Below the pieces are notes generated by a model. It was not told the origin of the DNA and made no database searches. It saw only the letters and a list, made by a program, of their open reading frames with translations. A DNA stretch of 64,000 bases, taken from NCBI GenBank assembly GCA_001662655.1, contig KV460208.1, one strand, 5' to 3'. Positions 36,697 to 49,604 of this stretch are shown one piece after another (within the stretch, counting starts at the first letter, position 1; each line of letters opens with the position of its first letter). The DNA comes from Pseudogymnoascus verrucosus (Eukaryota). A program made the translations under genes and the position numbers.

Positions 36697-39350
36697 ATGA
36701 TTTCCACTCTTTCCGTGATATCCCGAGCCTCGCCCAATTCTGTTATATGCAGCCCGCCTCGGTCCGCCGTTCTTGGTCTTCCAAGCTCATTGACCAGACC
36801 CAAATTATCTCGCCGCTCTCCTCCGCATCCGCACCCGCACCCGCAAGTCACCACCTCAACCACTACCACAATTCAAGCCACTCAAGTTGCTCCAGTCACA
36901 ACTACTCACATCCACTGCCGCTACCACCATTACAAACACTATAACCACTACTACCAACACTACTCCTCCCGCTACCCACACGCCTACATGTCATCACGAT
37001 CATCATCCGCCTCCACTCACTACACTAATTCTCACTCGTCCTCTCCTTCTCGCTCACACCATTACTCACATTCTTCCCGCTCTTCAATGGCTTCTTCTCC
37101 TCCTCCACCTTCTCTCCCCCATAGCTCTCAGTCATCCGCCGTTCCAACTCCTACTTCTTCAACCCGCTCTATATCACCACCCTCCTCCGTCTCTAGCGCT
37201 GCATCCCTCCTCGCATCCAGGAAACGAGTCTCACTTTCTGAGAGACACTCCTCCAGCCCCCTCTCCTACGTCGACACCGCTGCCATTGACGCACAAATGA
37301 AGCTGGCATCTTTAGATCACCTCGCTGGATACTCAACAAAGGCATATCCTGCACCCGTCACCCAAACCGCAACCACAGAATATACTCCCAAAGATATGGC
37401 GAAGGGATATCAGGTTCTCCGCGAGCCGGCGTGGAACAAGAGTAGGTCTCTCCAAAAAACCCCTAGATCATCCCAGAATACTCCGGATCACCCCAGAAAT
37501 ACCCCGAGATCCCCAGTGATATGCTCGTATGACAGCAATTGACTCTTTACCATAGGCACGTCGTTTACTCCCGAAGAGCGTGTGACAAAGAACCTCACTG
37601 GGCTCATCCCCCACGTTATGGAGAACATGGACACCCAGGTGATGCGTGCCATGAAGATGATCAACTCGAGATCAACACCCATCGACAAATACCTATACCT
37701 GTCGACCCTCAAGTCGAGTAACATCGACCTCTTCTACCGCGTTCTCATCGACAACGTTGAGCAGCTCATGCCCCTCGTCTACACACCCACGATCGGCGAC
37801 GTGTGCCTCCAATACTCGACTCTGTACACCAGACCCGAGGCCCTATACATTTCCATCAAGCAGAGGAATTCCATCCGCACAATTCTCAAGAATTGGCCGT
37901 ATCCCAATCCGTCGATTTGCGTGGTGACTGACGGTTCCCGCATCCTCGGTCTTGGCGACCTCGGCGTAAACGGCGTTGGCATTCCGGTATTTCCCCCCAA
38001 CCCCATCTTCCCCTCACTTAATCAATTCCCCACCCCACTCTCTTGACGCCTCGTGCTAAGCCAAGTCTCAGATCGGAAAGCTCGCGTTGTACACTGCTGC
38101 CGCCGGTATCCACCCGGAGAAGACTCTCCCAATTGTTCTCGACTATGGCACCAACAATGAGCAGAACCTCAGGGACCCGCTATACCTTGGCCTCCGCCAG
38201 AAGCGCGTGTCCGTCAACGAGGCACGTGAGTTCATGGATGAGTTCATGGAGGCCGTGACCGATGTGTACCCGGATATGGTCGTTCAGTTCGAGGACTTCG
38301 AGACCGAGAAGGCCTTTGCCTACCTCGAGAGGTATAAGCACAAGAAGGTCTTCAACGATGACATCCAGGGTACCGGAGCCGTCATCCTTGCTGGGTACGC
38401 ATTTCCTTTCCCTCCTCGTCGATCTATCACATATTAACAAAACCCCTAGCTACATCGGAGCCGTGAACCTCTCCAACGTCCCCATCGAGGACCAGAAGCT
38501 CGTCTTCATGGGCGCCGGCAGCGCCGGTGTCGGTGTCGCCAAGCAGCTCCTCGAGTACTACACCCGCCGCGGTCTCACCGACGCCGAAGCTAAGGACAAG
38601 TTCTACCTCGTCGACACCAAGGGTCTCGTGACCAAGGACCGTGGCGACCGCCTCGCCGAGCACAAGAAGTTCTTCGCGCGCCACGACAACGCTGGACACC
38701 AGTTCAAGACCCTCGAGGAGGTCATCGAATACGTCAAGCCCACCGCCCTCGTTGGCCTCACCGCCACCCACGGCGTCTTCACCGAGTCCGTCGTCCGCGC
38801 CCTCAAGGCCTCCGTCGACGCCTCCGGTGCCGGCCGCCGCCCCATCCTCTTCCCCCTCTCCAACCCTCTCACCAAGGCCGAGTGCACCTTCGAGCAGGCC
38901 GTCACCTGGACCGACGGAACCGCTTTGTTCGCTTCGGGATCCCCATTCTCCGCATTCGAGACCAAGATCGGAGACGTCACCACCACCCACTACCCCAACC
39001 AGGGTAACAACGTGTACATCTTCCCCGGACTCGGCCTCGGCGCCATCCTGGGTAAGGTGTCCCGCGTCACCGACGACATGGTGTACACCTCCGCCCACGC
39101 GCTCTCCGGCTGCCTCAACAGCGAGGAGATCGCTAAGGGACTCATCTACCCGCATATCAGCCGCGTGCGCGACGCGTCTGCTGTTGTGGCGAGAGAGGTG
39201 ATGAAGTGTGCGCGTCGTGATGGCGTGAGTGAGTTGCCAGAGGAGACGTGGTTGGAGTGGGAGGAGTGGGGAGATGTGGCGCTGACGAACTGGATTAAGG
39301 CCCAGGTGTATGATCCTGCTCCGGCTGCCGGGAGGTCGGGGAAGTTGTAG
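36697..39350 (+). CDS. Malic enzyme (NAD(P)-dependent); 3 introns; start codon uncertain (36697, 36988 or 37087)
   Basis: LVYTPTIG, VVTDGSRILGLGDLGVNG, QFEDF, FNDDIQGTG, GAGSAG, LSNP, FASGSPF and NQGNNVYIFPG motifs. Confidence 0.93.
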
Positions 39351-41364
39351 ATCTGTGGTGTGGTTGATCTGAGGTTGATGTTTTCTTTTTCTTTTGTTTT
39401 CTTCTGTGGATGAGGTGATTTCGTGGTGGTTGATCCGATGAGTTTGCTGGTTCCTCGTGTTGGTTTGTCATTGTTGTTGACGTTTGCCGATGATGATGAT
39501 CAAACGACCGAGGAACAAAGGACAGACTGTCAGGAAGTTAGTGAATTTGTTGGTACAGAGCGGGAAACTATGCATTCAATCGGCGGCGGCGGGGAAAAAA
39601 TTGGGAATGGAATGGATCGGTGGGGGTAACAAGGAACGAAATGAGAGAGAGAGAGTTGATACCACATTTTCTGTATTTTTCGCTGAGCGGGACGGATGGA
39701 ATGGATGAGCGGAGACGAACCGGGAAGACGTGTGTTTTTTTTGCGCTATATTTCCGTTTTTCTTTCGACCTTTTTTAATTGTGTTGTTTTCGTTTTTAGC
39801 TAGATAAGTGTGTTAAGATGGGTGGGGGCCGGGTGGTGTGCCCATGGTTAGGTAGTTTCCAATCTGATGAAGATGAAGATGGAATACTTTGGTTTTGGAT
39901 TACTTGTGTGTGAGATGTGTGAGATGCGAGGTGGATGTTGAAACGTATGATGGATGGAGTTTGGTTGAGTGTGTATGGAGAGAAACACTTCATGGTCGCT
40001 GCCATCCGTCGTGGTAAGGAGGCCTGACTCTCCAGTTCAGACAGTCTCTTTCCCCCGCCCAGCACTGTTCGACTCTGTTGTGTCTGGAGCGTTAAGGTGA
40101 TTTCGGCGAGACTGTTAGATTTCGCTACACCTTCTTAATCTTCTGTTTGACTTGGATATCTCTGGGAGGGTGGCGAGAAAGAAGAGGTGCGGCGGCAAGA
40201 AAGATGGGGGGTAGTGAGAAAAGGAAGAGGTGGCCGAGAAGAGCGAGTGGTGGTGGTGAGAAGTGGGAGGGGGTGGTGAGAAAAGAGGGTAGTAAGAACC
40301 GCCCTTCGATTTTCAAGCCGAAATTGGCTGGCCGGGAATTCTTTCGGCAGGTGTCTTACTCTCTCCTGATCCATTCTATTTCCTTTCGCCCGAGCCGCGT
40401 CCTCTCCTAAAATGCTTCTCCTGGTGCCCTGTTGTTCGTGGCCGGCGGTTGGCTTAAATAAAGGAGCCAGCCATGCTGCTGCCGATAATGGGGTTGCCTG
40501 TGTGAGAGACACGTGAGGGTGCGAGATGATGTATTGTATATGCCAGCTTTGTTCAACACTGAGATGTCTAGAATGTGTTTCTCGAACACACTCTACGACC
40601 TATGGAGATTCGCAATACCCTCGAAATGTTACCGGGAACGTATACGCACCTCAATGACTGCTCCATTCCTGCTCTTCATGTCGAACTGGCTCTTGGAGAT
40701 GTAATACCATGGCATCCTGGATTTGTATATTTTGTAGACAACGATGGGGGCGAAGCTGATACCCTATAGAATCTCATTCACTTCTTGGAGCATCGTCGAT
40801 ATTTAATAAGGTTGGCCTGGGCAAAGTCGAGGTTGAATCAAACAAACTCAGAATCGCAGATTTCATGTCCGGATCCTGGAGCATGTAAGAAAGGATCATG
40901 GTCCTCATCTATCCGCAAATATGGTGGGTGCTTTTCGTGACTGGCTGGTTTTGACAGAATCAGGGTGGGTGGTAAGAAAAACGGAGGGGTGGTGAGAAAA
41001 GGTAGAGACGGTGACAAAATGGAGGAGTGATGGAAAAGAGAAAGGGCTGCGAGAATGGGGGTATGAGAACTGGGAGGGGCAGCCGGGAGTCAAAACAATG
41101 ACAAGCTAACACACTGAATCTGGATTGATGCTCCTAACGGTGCTATCGTCGTATATCATGATCAGTACTTTGAGCGAGTCAGTCCTTTGCTGAGTCGGTT
41201 GTTCAACTCTGTTCTATATCCCTCGAAGTGCCTGGAATACAATATCGTTGTCTCAAAATACGTGAGATTGATTTGCATTTCTACAGTATCAACTGATCTA
41301 GGCCTATCTAACCTTTCCTCCGACCCCCCTTTCCAGCTTCCTCGATTCATCACCAATCACCGCC

Positions 41365-43309
41365 TTAATCAGTTACTGACGCACTTACATTCTCCACTCC
41401 CCTCGCCTCCCCATTCACCCCCGCAACCCCCTCCTTCTCCGCCTTCTCCACCTGTGCCGGATCACTAATATCCACCCCCGCCGCCTCTAACTCAATCTCC
41501 CTCAACGGCCCTACGAACCACTTCCTGGCTGTCACAACCCATGTCCCCATCGCTCCAAAGGCTATAATTCCCACAGCCACAACTGTATAGTTCAGACTCT
41601 GCGTATCGACCGGTGTTGCGGTGGGAAGACAGAACGCCACAGTAATAAACCCGATCCAGCCGGTTGCCACGAGTGCCACCGGTCTCGAGAACCGGCCTAG
41701 GTTAAATGGCCCCTTTTTGCTGTTGAAGTGTGTTGGGTAGATGAGTCCGATGAGAATGGGAATGCCGTAGGAAATGTATAAGCCAATGGTAGCAATTGAT
41801 GTTGCGGCGGCAAAGGCCACAGAGCTACCCAGCGAGGGGAGGGAAAGGAGGAACGCAAGGAACGCAGCGAGCCAGACGGCGCGGATGGGAGACTGGAACT
41901 TGTCATCCACGTGAGCGAAGAAGCGTGGAATGCCCCCGTCACGTGAGAAGGCGAACATCATGCGGCTGTTGGAGGTCATACTGAAAAGGCCGCAATGCCA
42001 GACGCATATGATAATGAGACAGAACAGCACGACAGCGCCATCAGGACCGAAGACATCCACGAATATTTGAAGGACTGGGTTTCCATAGTCACTGTTGAGC
42101 GTGCGGTCAAAGTCCTGGATGGAGAAGAGGAAGGACATGATGACAAAAAAGCCAAAAAATGCAGAGAAGCCCACCGAGGATATCACGCCGATGGGGGCAC
42201 TCCATGAAGCATTACGAGTCTCTTCACTCAAGTGAGCTGATGCGTCGAACCCAGTTAACGTATAATTGGACATTAAAGCACCGCAGCATGCCACATAAGC
42301 TGGTGATGCTCTGATCGACCATCCTGGCTCATCAGGGGTGGCGGCGGTGCCGTCGTAGAATTTTTGGAAGACGGCGGAGGCAGGTTGGTGGGTGGGCGCC
42401 TTAGCGAGCACGCTTATGGCGATGGCGGTTACCCCAACAGAATGCAAAAGGATGGAAGTGTTGTTAAGGTATCGAAGGACTTTGACGCCGAAGGTGTTGA
42501 CGATGCCGTGGGAGACGAGGAGGGCGGCGTAGATGCCAACTGTTTTTGCGGCCGTAGGTTCGTAGCTAGATTTGACGGTTGCGACTGTTGAGATGAGACC
42601 TGCACAGCCAAATGTTATACCTGTCGTGACAGCAACTTGGCCGAGGAGGTTGAACCTAAAAGGTGGATGGTCAGTTTGGATGGAGTCAAGGAATGGAATG
42701 CAAAATATGAGAATTAGGCGGGTGGGTCTTGTCGTTGTAAGCGGCCTTTTTCCACTCCCCAATATCATACACCCGATCAAACCAAAAAAGAGATATAAGA
42801 GGACTTACCAGCCAGTGAGCCAGGAGCTCAGCGCAGAATGTTTTGGGGGTGCCAACATCGCAGCCCAGAAGTATGGCCCGCCGCTCGTTGGGATGGCTGA
42901 CACGATCTCTGCCATTCCCAGCGCAACTGCGAAGGTAAAGAACGACACCACTATCCAACCGACCGACATTACGGCACTTATTCCATTAGCTCTTGTGCGC
43001 CTGTCTTGCCTACTGGGGTGGAGGAGAAGGCTCACGGTCCACCGGTATGAAGCCCATAACTGAATAATGTCGTAATGCCCGTAATCACACTCTGCATTAA
43101 CTATCAGTCTTCGGACAATCTCTCAGACCTCTTGGAGCGGGGGAGGAACACACAATAATCGAGAAGGAGATGCCAAAATTGTGCATCAGCCCCCAGTCGC
43201 GCTTCAGCTCCTGCTTGTACCCGAAATTTGCAAGCTCCTCCTCATCATGGGCGTCAGCGCCGACCTCTTTGGAGGGAAGCGCGGCATGGAGCGACTCGGG
43301 CGACGGCAT
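41365..43309 (-). CDS. APC-superfamily amino acid/GABA-type permease; several introns
   Basis: GYKQELKR, NFGISFSII, MAEIVSAIPTSGGPYFWA, GFDASAHLSEET and SRMMFAFSRDG motifs. Confidence 0.93.
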
Positions 43310-44664
43310 TGTCGCGTCTCTCGGTCCTGCTGGCGCGGTGTGAGGGTGACGGTGCTACTGCATACACTGGACAACAATCACAGGCACAGAGGAATCACCG
43401 GATTCGGTCTCTACCACAAATACAGGAATGCCAGAGTAATAAAGGAACCGTACGGGTAGAAGACGAGTTGCAAAGGCAAGAGTGAGGAAGATAGAAAGAG
43501 AATGAAATAACCACCCACCATCGCGGGGCCAGAGCCGCTATATACCTACCACCCACGCCCACCTACTTACCTCCCATACCCTGCGATCTGCGCCTAGGCC
43601 CTGATAAGGATGTCCAGGAGGCGCCACAGCCCGTCGGCGCTCATTCCCTGGTGGGTGCAGTGGTGCGGCAGGCAACTGCCATTTCCATGACATCAAGAGC
43701 TAAGAGCTATCGCCGACATTGCAGGGGTCCAAAGCGGAGGAGGGAAAGTTGGCATGGGATGGATTGGGATGCGCGTGGCATGGGCATGTCGTACGTCGCG
43801 TGTCTCACCCCCACACGGCAAGAACGAGGGACGCCGCTTCTGGAAGTTTTTTCTGATATACCAGCGCCGCCATTATATGCGCTTACAGTATGCGTATATG
43901 GTACAGGCTTCGGTGAAATATCTAGGAGCGAGACACGCGGCACATATGGTTATCTATCACGACAAGCATCTCCAATAGACCAGACCCGCCCTTGCCAATC
44001 TGCCAGCAAGGATGGTGACTGATAAGAACCAAGCCCCCGCACTCCAATCGGTCCCGCACGGCGCGCTGAGGGGGCGATTGGACGGCGCTGGTTCGGAGGC
44101 TAGGATTACAGTGCACGCGCCCTTTGACTTATAACGGTAAGGGAATGGGGGAGGAAAAAGTAAGAAAAGGCGCCGCTGAGTTGGGGACGGAGGGTTATCC
44201 AGTGGGAAGCTTGGTATGTCAGGCGGTCGATCGTGGCGTTGGGGTAGTGGAGAAGGCCTCGGCCTCGCCGACATCGTCTGTCGTTTGTGTGTGTGGCGTA
44301 GGGATTTGGATCTAACAACTATACAGTGTGTACGGAGTTGGTGAAGATGAGAGTGTTCGAGGATGTTAAGATGATTCGTATTGTACGTACTTCCAGTGAG
44401 CACACGTGATGAAATTGAGAGACCGACGACCGTGTTAATTGAGCAAGATCTGATAAATTACGGTATCTATGCCCCTCGATAGCTTCATATGAAAACCGCC
44501 GGCAAGTGTCAAATAGCGCCGTGTCCATCGAGCCCCAACCTATCCTGATCGGCTCGAGACCTAAACTGTATGGGCCTGCCTGTCAGGGTCCTTTATCCTC
44601 CTATACTCCTCCTATATCCCCGCCCGTTCGTAAATAATCATACACTTCCCCTCCCACTACTACC

Positions 44665-46356
44665 TCAATACCCTCCCTGCTCACGCCTCTTATCCTCCTC
44701 CGCACTCCCAGCCTTCTCTCTCTCCACCTCTCCGGCTCCCCCCTCATCCCCTCTCATCTTCGCAAAATGTGCCTTAATATCTTCCGCCCTAATGACCCTC
44801 CCACTTTCTGCAAACTCCTTAAAAAACGGAGTCAACTTTTCTTTGAGGTGGTTAAACGCCATCACGCCCTCAATCGCCTTAACGCGGTCCATGGTGCTCA
44901 GTGCGCGCTCGCCACGGTCCAACAGGCTGCCTGCGTGGCTGCCGAGCGTGCTGCCTGCCCCGTCGGATGCGGCCGAGGAGTGCGAGAGGGATTGCTCGTA
45001 GGACTCTTCTTCGTCGAGGAGCTGGGGGTGAATGGCAAGGTGGGGGAAGCAAGCTGGGCAGCGGCAGAAAGAGGCGCGGAAGTCGTCTTTGAAGAAGAGG
45101 GAGAAGTGTTCAGTTGGTGGGGAGGGAAGATGGCTGATTTTGCAAGACGCTGGCTCGTCCTTCATGCTTGAGTTTGTCGCGCCATCACCATTGGTGTTTG
45201 GCTCGGCGGTGGCCGTTGATGTGGGTTTGCCTTCCGTGTCATTGTCTCCTCTCGCTCGCTTTGTCTCCACATCAGCGTCAGCACCATCATCCTCTGCTTT
45301 TCGCTTCTGCGATGAAGCAACAGGAGCGAATGTCGTCTTCAGAGCCGCCTTTTGATCCTCTTTCTTCTCCGACTTGGCCTGAGGCGAAGGCGCCCCGCTC
45401 CGTTTGAACACAGGCGGCAAGAATCCCTCTGTGCCAGCATATGCCTTGATCCACGGGTTTGCCTCGACACACTTGTAGCAGATAAAACCAGCAAAGTCAT
45501 CGGCGTGAGGAAACCCAGGCGGTGTTGGCATACCATCTTCGATATCAATGGCATCCCCATCGGCTTCTACTATGGCAGTCGTCGATCCTTGGTCATTTCC
45601 AACTGTAGATTCTGCCAAAGCTGCCTTCTTCTTCATCGCCTCATCATGCCACGATGGATCCAATCCAACCACGCAAGTAGTATGATACCAATCCTCGCCG
45701 CATCCACCATTCCTTGCCGGCCCAAGGCCCAGGCACTGATACATCACCCCCTTCTGGGACTCGGCATCATAGTCGCATTCGCATCCGCAAAATCGGTTTC
45801 GAAAGTTCTGGTTATACTCGTTCTTCTCCTCACACGGCTCATTGACCACTCCGCCTTTCTGTCCCGTCTCCGAGTTGATCCGTAAGGTGCACGGCGCAGT
45901 GGATGGGAGACGCGTCGTACCGCAGTCGCAAACGAAGTTGCGCTTGTAGAACAGCTCAACAAGAGTATGCTCGCCGTGACACGCAACCGAGCATGAATAG
46001 CAGACTCCAGCTGGGGTATAGGGATCGGATGGATTCGCAGGTGGCGGGTTGCAGGTTATACAGGCGAAGAGGTCCTGGCGCAAAGGACCGAGTTGTTTCG
46101 TGCAGGTGTCGAATTTCTGGATTCGGTAAGTTTTTGTCAGATATAATAGAGAATCGAGTCATGCATACATATGGGAGAGCCTCTCTTGCATCTGCCTCAA
46201 GTTGAAGTTGGCTGTTGATGAATCTGATCAAAAGTCAGTGGATGTCATGACGAGCTGGATAGGATCCGCGTACTCGGCGGCGGTTTGTGAGTCCTGAGAA
46301 GCTGCAGAATCGCTATCTCGTCGCTTGGAATCAGCAATATCTTGCGAAGACGCCAT
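44665..46356 (-). CDS. UBR7: UBR7/Mlo2-like protein (UBR-box zinc finger plus PHD-like finger)
   Basis: QLQLEADAREALPY, GVCYSCSVACHGEHTLVELFYKRNFVCDCG, YNQNFRNRFCGC, MYQCLG..CGEDWYH and MDRVKAIEGVMAFN. Confidence 0.9.
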
Positions 46357-46503
46357 TTTATACGTTCTTCTTAGTTTTAAAGCTCAGTTATGGTAAATTG
46401 TGATGTAGTTTTGTTGTGTTCAGGGTCGGGATATGGCGAGGCTCGAGACCATATCCACAGCCTCGTGCAATCTCGGTCACCGTAATAGAGTGGAAGCGCG
46501 CCG

Positions 46504-46539
46504 ACGCGTAAACGCGAAACGCGAAACTTCAAGACGCGT
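46504..46539. promoter_or_regulatory. MCB/SCB-like cell-cycle boxes in the UBR7-MCM2 divergent promoter
   Basis: ACGCGT at 46504 and 46534, CGCGAAA at 46513 and 46520, all within 36 bp. Confidence 0.8.
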
Positions 46540-46674
46540 CTGAACAGATCAATTATCCCCCCTCCTGAACTCAGCGCCAACTCATCCATGTCATTGACCA
46601 GGCTACCATTATCAACAACAAACTCTGGTATAAACAAAAGGATTTTGCACATTTAAATATATATTGTTGCAACC

Positions 46675-49352
46675 ATGAGGTATGTTCTAACATTATCCCG
46701 AACGCTCTGGGTCAATCATCCCTGACTCTCTACAGTTCGCCATTGAGGCCCAATATGGACTCCGCGAACCGCGGAGCAGGAGGCAGAAACCTGGGCAAAC
46801 GTGGCAGAGATGAAGATGATGTGCCGACTTCTGGTTATGCCTCCAGTCCTGCTGCCGCCATCATCCCATCGTCGCCGCCCGCATATCATCTTGACCGTGC
46901 CGACGACGACGACGATGACATAGTGGACGACTTTATCGCGGATATCGACGATGCAGATGAGATGGTAGAGGAGGACGACGGAATTGATCTCTTTGCGGAC
47001 AACTTTGAGCGCGACTACGAGGCTCGCGAGGATGACCAGTATGGCGGTGACGATATCGACGATGAAGGCGACCACGAGGAATTGGATGCTTCAACGAGAC
47101 GCCAGCTAGAAGAGCGACTCAACAGGAGAGATCGTGAGCTTGCTCGCCGACGCCGTATGCCAGCAGCCTTCCTCCAAGATGAGGAAGAAGACGATGGAAT
47201 GGACCTCACCAACCAGCCCAGGCGCCGCCGCCATCGCTATGACGAGGAGCCGGATGAAGACATGATGGACAATATCATGGAAGAAGAGTTGACGCTGGAG
47301 GCCTTACAAGATGTCAAAGCGACGAGTGTGGTGGAATGGGTTGCCCTACCACAAGTTCAGAGAACGATTGCAAGAGAGTTCAAGTCGTTCTTGACGGAAT
47401 ACACTGATGACAATGGTTCCTCAGTCTACGGAAACAGGGTTCGCACGCTCGGAGAGATCAACGCAGAGTCCCTTGAAGTGTCATATGACCATCTCGGTAC
47501 TTCAAAGGCTATTCTGGCATACTTCCTCGCAAACGCCCCATCTGAGATGCTGAAGATATTCGATGAGGTTGCTATGGAAGTTACACTGCTTCATTATCCC
47601 GACTACCAGAAAATCCATTCTGAGATCCACGTCCGCATCTCCGACCTACCTACCCAATACACTCTCCGTGAACTCCGCCAAAGCCATCTTAACAGCCTTA
47701 TCCGTGTCAGCGGTGTTGTCACACGCCGCAGTGGCGTCTTCCCTCAGCTTAAATACGTCAAGTTTGATTGCTCCAAGTGCAAAACTACCCTTGGACCTTT
47801 CATGCAAGAATCAAATGTCGAGGTTAAGATCTCATACTGCCAAAGCTGCCAGTCTCGCGGCCCCTTCACCGTCAACTCTGATAAGACTGTCTACCGCAAC
47901 TTCCAGAAACTCACCCTCCAGGAGTCCCCTGGTACAGTACCCGCAGGTCGCCTACCTCGGCACCGCGAGGTCATCCTTCTCTGGGATCTCATTGACTCAG
48001 CCAAGCCGGGTGAGGAGATCGAGGTTACGGGCGTCTATCGCAATAACTATGACGCCAAGCTGAACAACCGCAACGGCTTCCCTGTCTTCGCCACAATCCT
48101 TGAGGCAAACCACGTTGTCAAGTTGCACGACCAGCTTGCCGGCTTCCGCCTCACAGAAGAAGATGAACAGAAAATCCGCGCTCTTTCTCGCGACCCGCAG
48201 ATCATAGAGAAGATCATTGGCTCCATGGCACCCAGCATTTATGGCCACACCGACATTAAGACTGCTGTCGCCCTATCTCTCTTTGGCGGCGTTAGCAAGG
48301 TTGGCCAAGGCAAACACAAGATCCGTGGCGACATCAACGTACTTCTCCTTGGTGACCCCGGAACCGCCAAGTCCCAAGTCCTCAAGTACGTGGAGAAGAC
48401 TGCCCACCGCGCCGTTTTCGCAACAGGTCAGGGTGCTTCCGCGGTCGGTCTCACAGCCTCAGTGCGCAAAGATCCTCTCACATCAGAGTGGACTCTGGAA
48501 GGTGGCGCGCTCGTCCTTGCTGATCGCGGCACCTGTCTGATTGATGAGTTCGACAAGATGAACGATGCCGACCGAACCTCCATCCACGAAGCCATGGAGC
48601 AGCAGACCATCTCCATCTCCAAAGCTGGTATCGTCACCACCCTCCAGGCGCGCTGCGGCATTGTCGCAGCTGCCAACCCCAATGGCGGCCGCTACAACTC
48701 CACCCTCCCCTTCTCCCAGAACGTCGACCTCACTGAGCCCATTCTCTCACGTTTCGACATTCTCTGCGTTGTCCGCGATACCGTCGAGCCAGAGGAGGAC
48801 GAGCGCCTCGCTCGCTTCGTCGTCGCCTCTCACGGACGCAGTCACCCTGCCGCCGCCACCGGTGAGGAGGACACGGAGGGCGAGCGCATGGAGGTCGAGC
48901 GCGACGGCCCGAAACAAGAGGGCGAGATCCCCCAGGAGTTGCTACGCAAGTACATCCTGTACTCGCGCGAGCGCTGTCGCCCGAAGCTGTACCAGATGGA
49001 CGAGGATAAGGTGGCGCGCCTGTTTGCGGATATGCGCCGCGAGTCGTTGGCTACGGGAGCGTTCCCTATTACTGTGAGTTTCTCCCCTTGTTGTTTACCT
49101 GGTCTGTTGGTTCTTTACTAATATATGCAGGTCCGTCATCTTGAGGCTATTATGCGTATCGCCGAGGCGTTTAGCCGCATGAGGCTCTCAGAGTATGCTT
49201 CCGCGAGGGATGTCGACCGTGCCATTGCCGTGACGGTGGATAGTTTTGTTGGTGCGCAGAAGCTGAGCTGTCGCAAGGCGCTCGCCCGGTCGTTTGCGAA
49301 GTACACGCTTGCGAGGCCAGGGAAGGGAGTTCCAGTGGGCGTGACGGCCTAG
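46675..49352 (+). CDS. MCM2: DNA replication licensing factor Mcm2; introns approx. 46680-46735 and 49074-49130
   Basis: Acidic histone-binding N-terminus ([11 protein letters not shown]), Walker [10 protein letters not shown], Walker [10 protein letters not shown], arginine finger SRFD, and TVRHLE. Confidence 0.97.
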
Positions 49353-49604
49353 AATTGTTATGTTGAATGGACATGTTAGAATGAATGGGTTTGCTGGAGG
49401 AGTTGAGGGACTGGGAGTGGGTTTATGCGTAATCAATACCAAATGTTAATGCTTGATGAGAACTACGCAACCACATGGAATATCTGTATTGCAAATGGAG
49501 TACTGTAAGGATCTTAACGCGAACAGCTCGAAAAATGGTTACTTGCCTGTCCGAGACAGACTTGGAAACATGGTAACGACGATCCAATACGTTGATCTAA
49601 GAAT

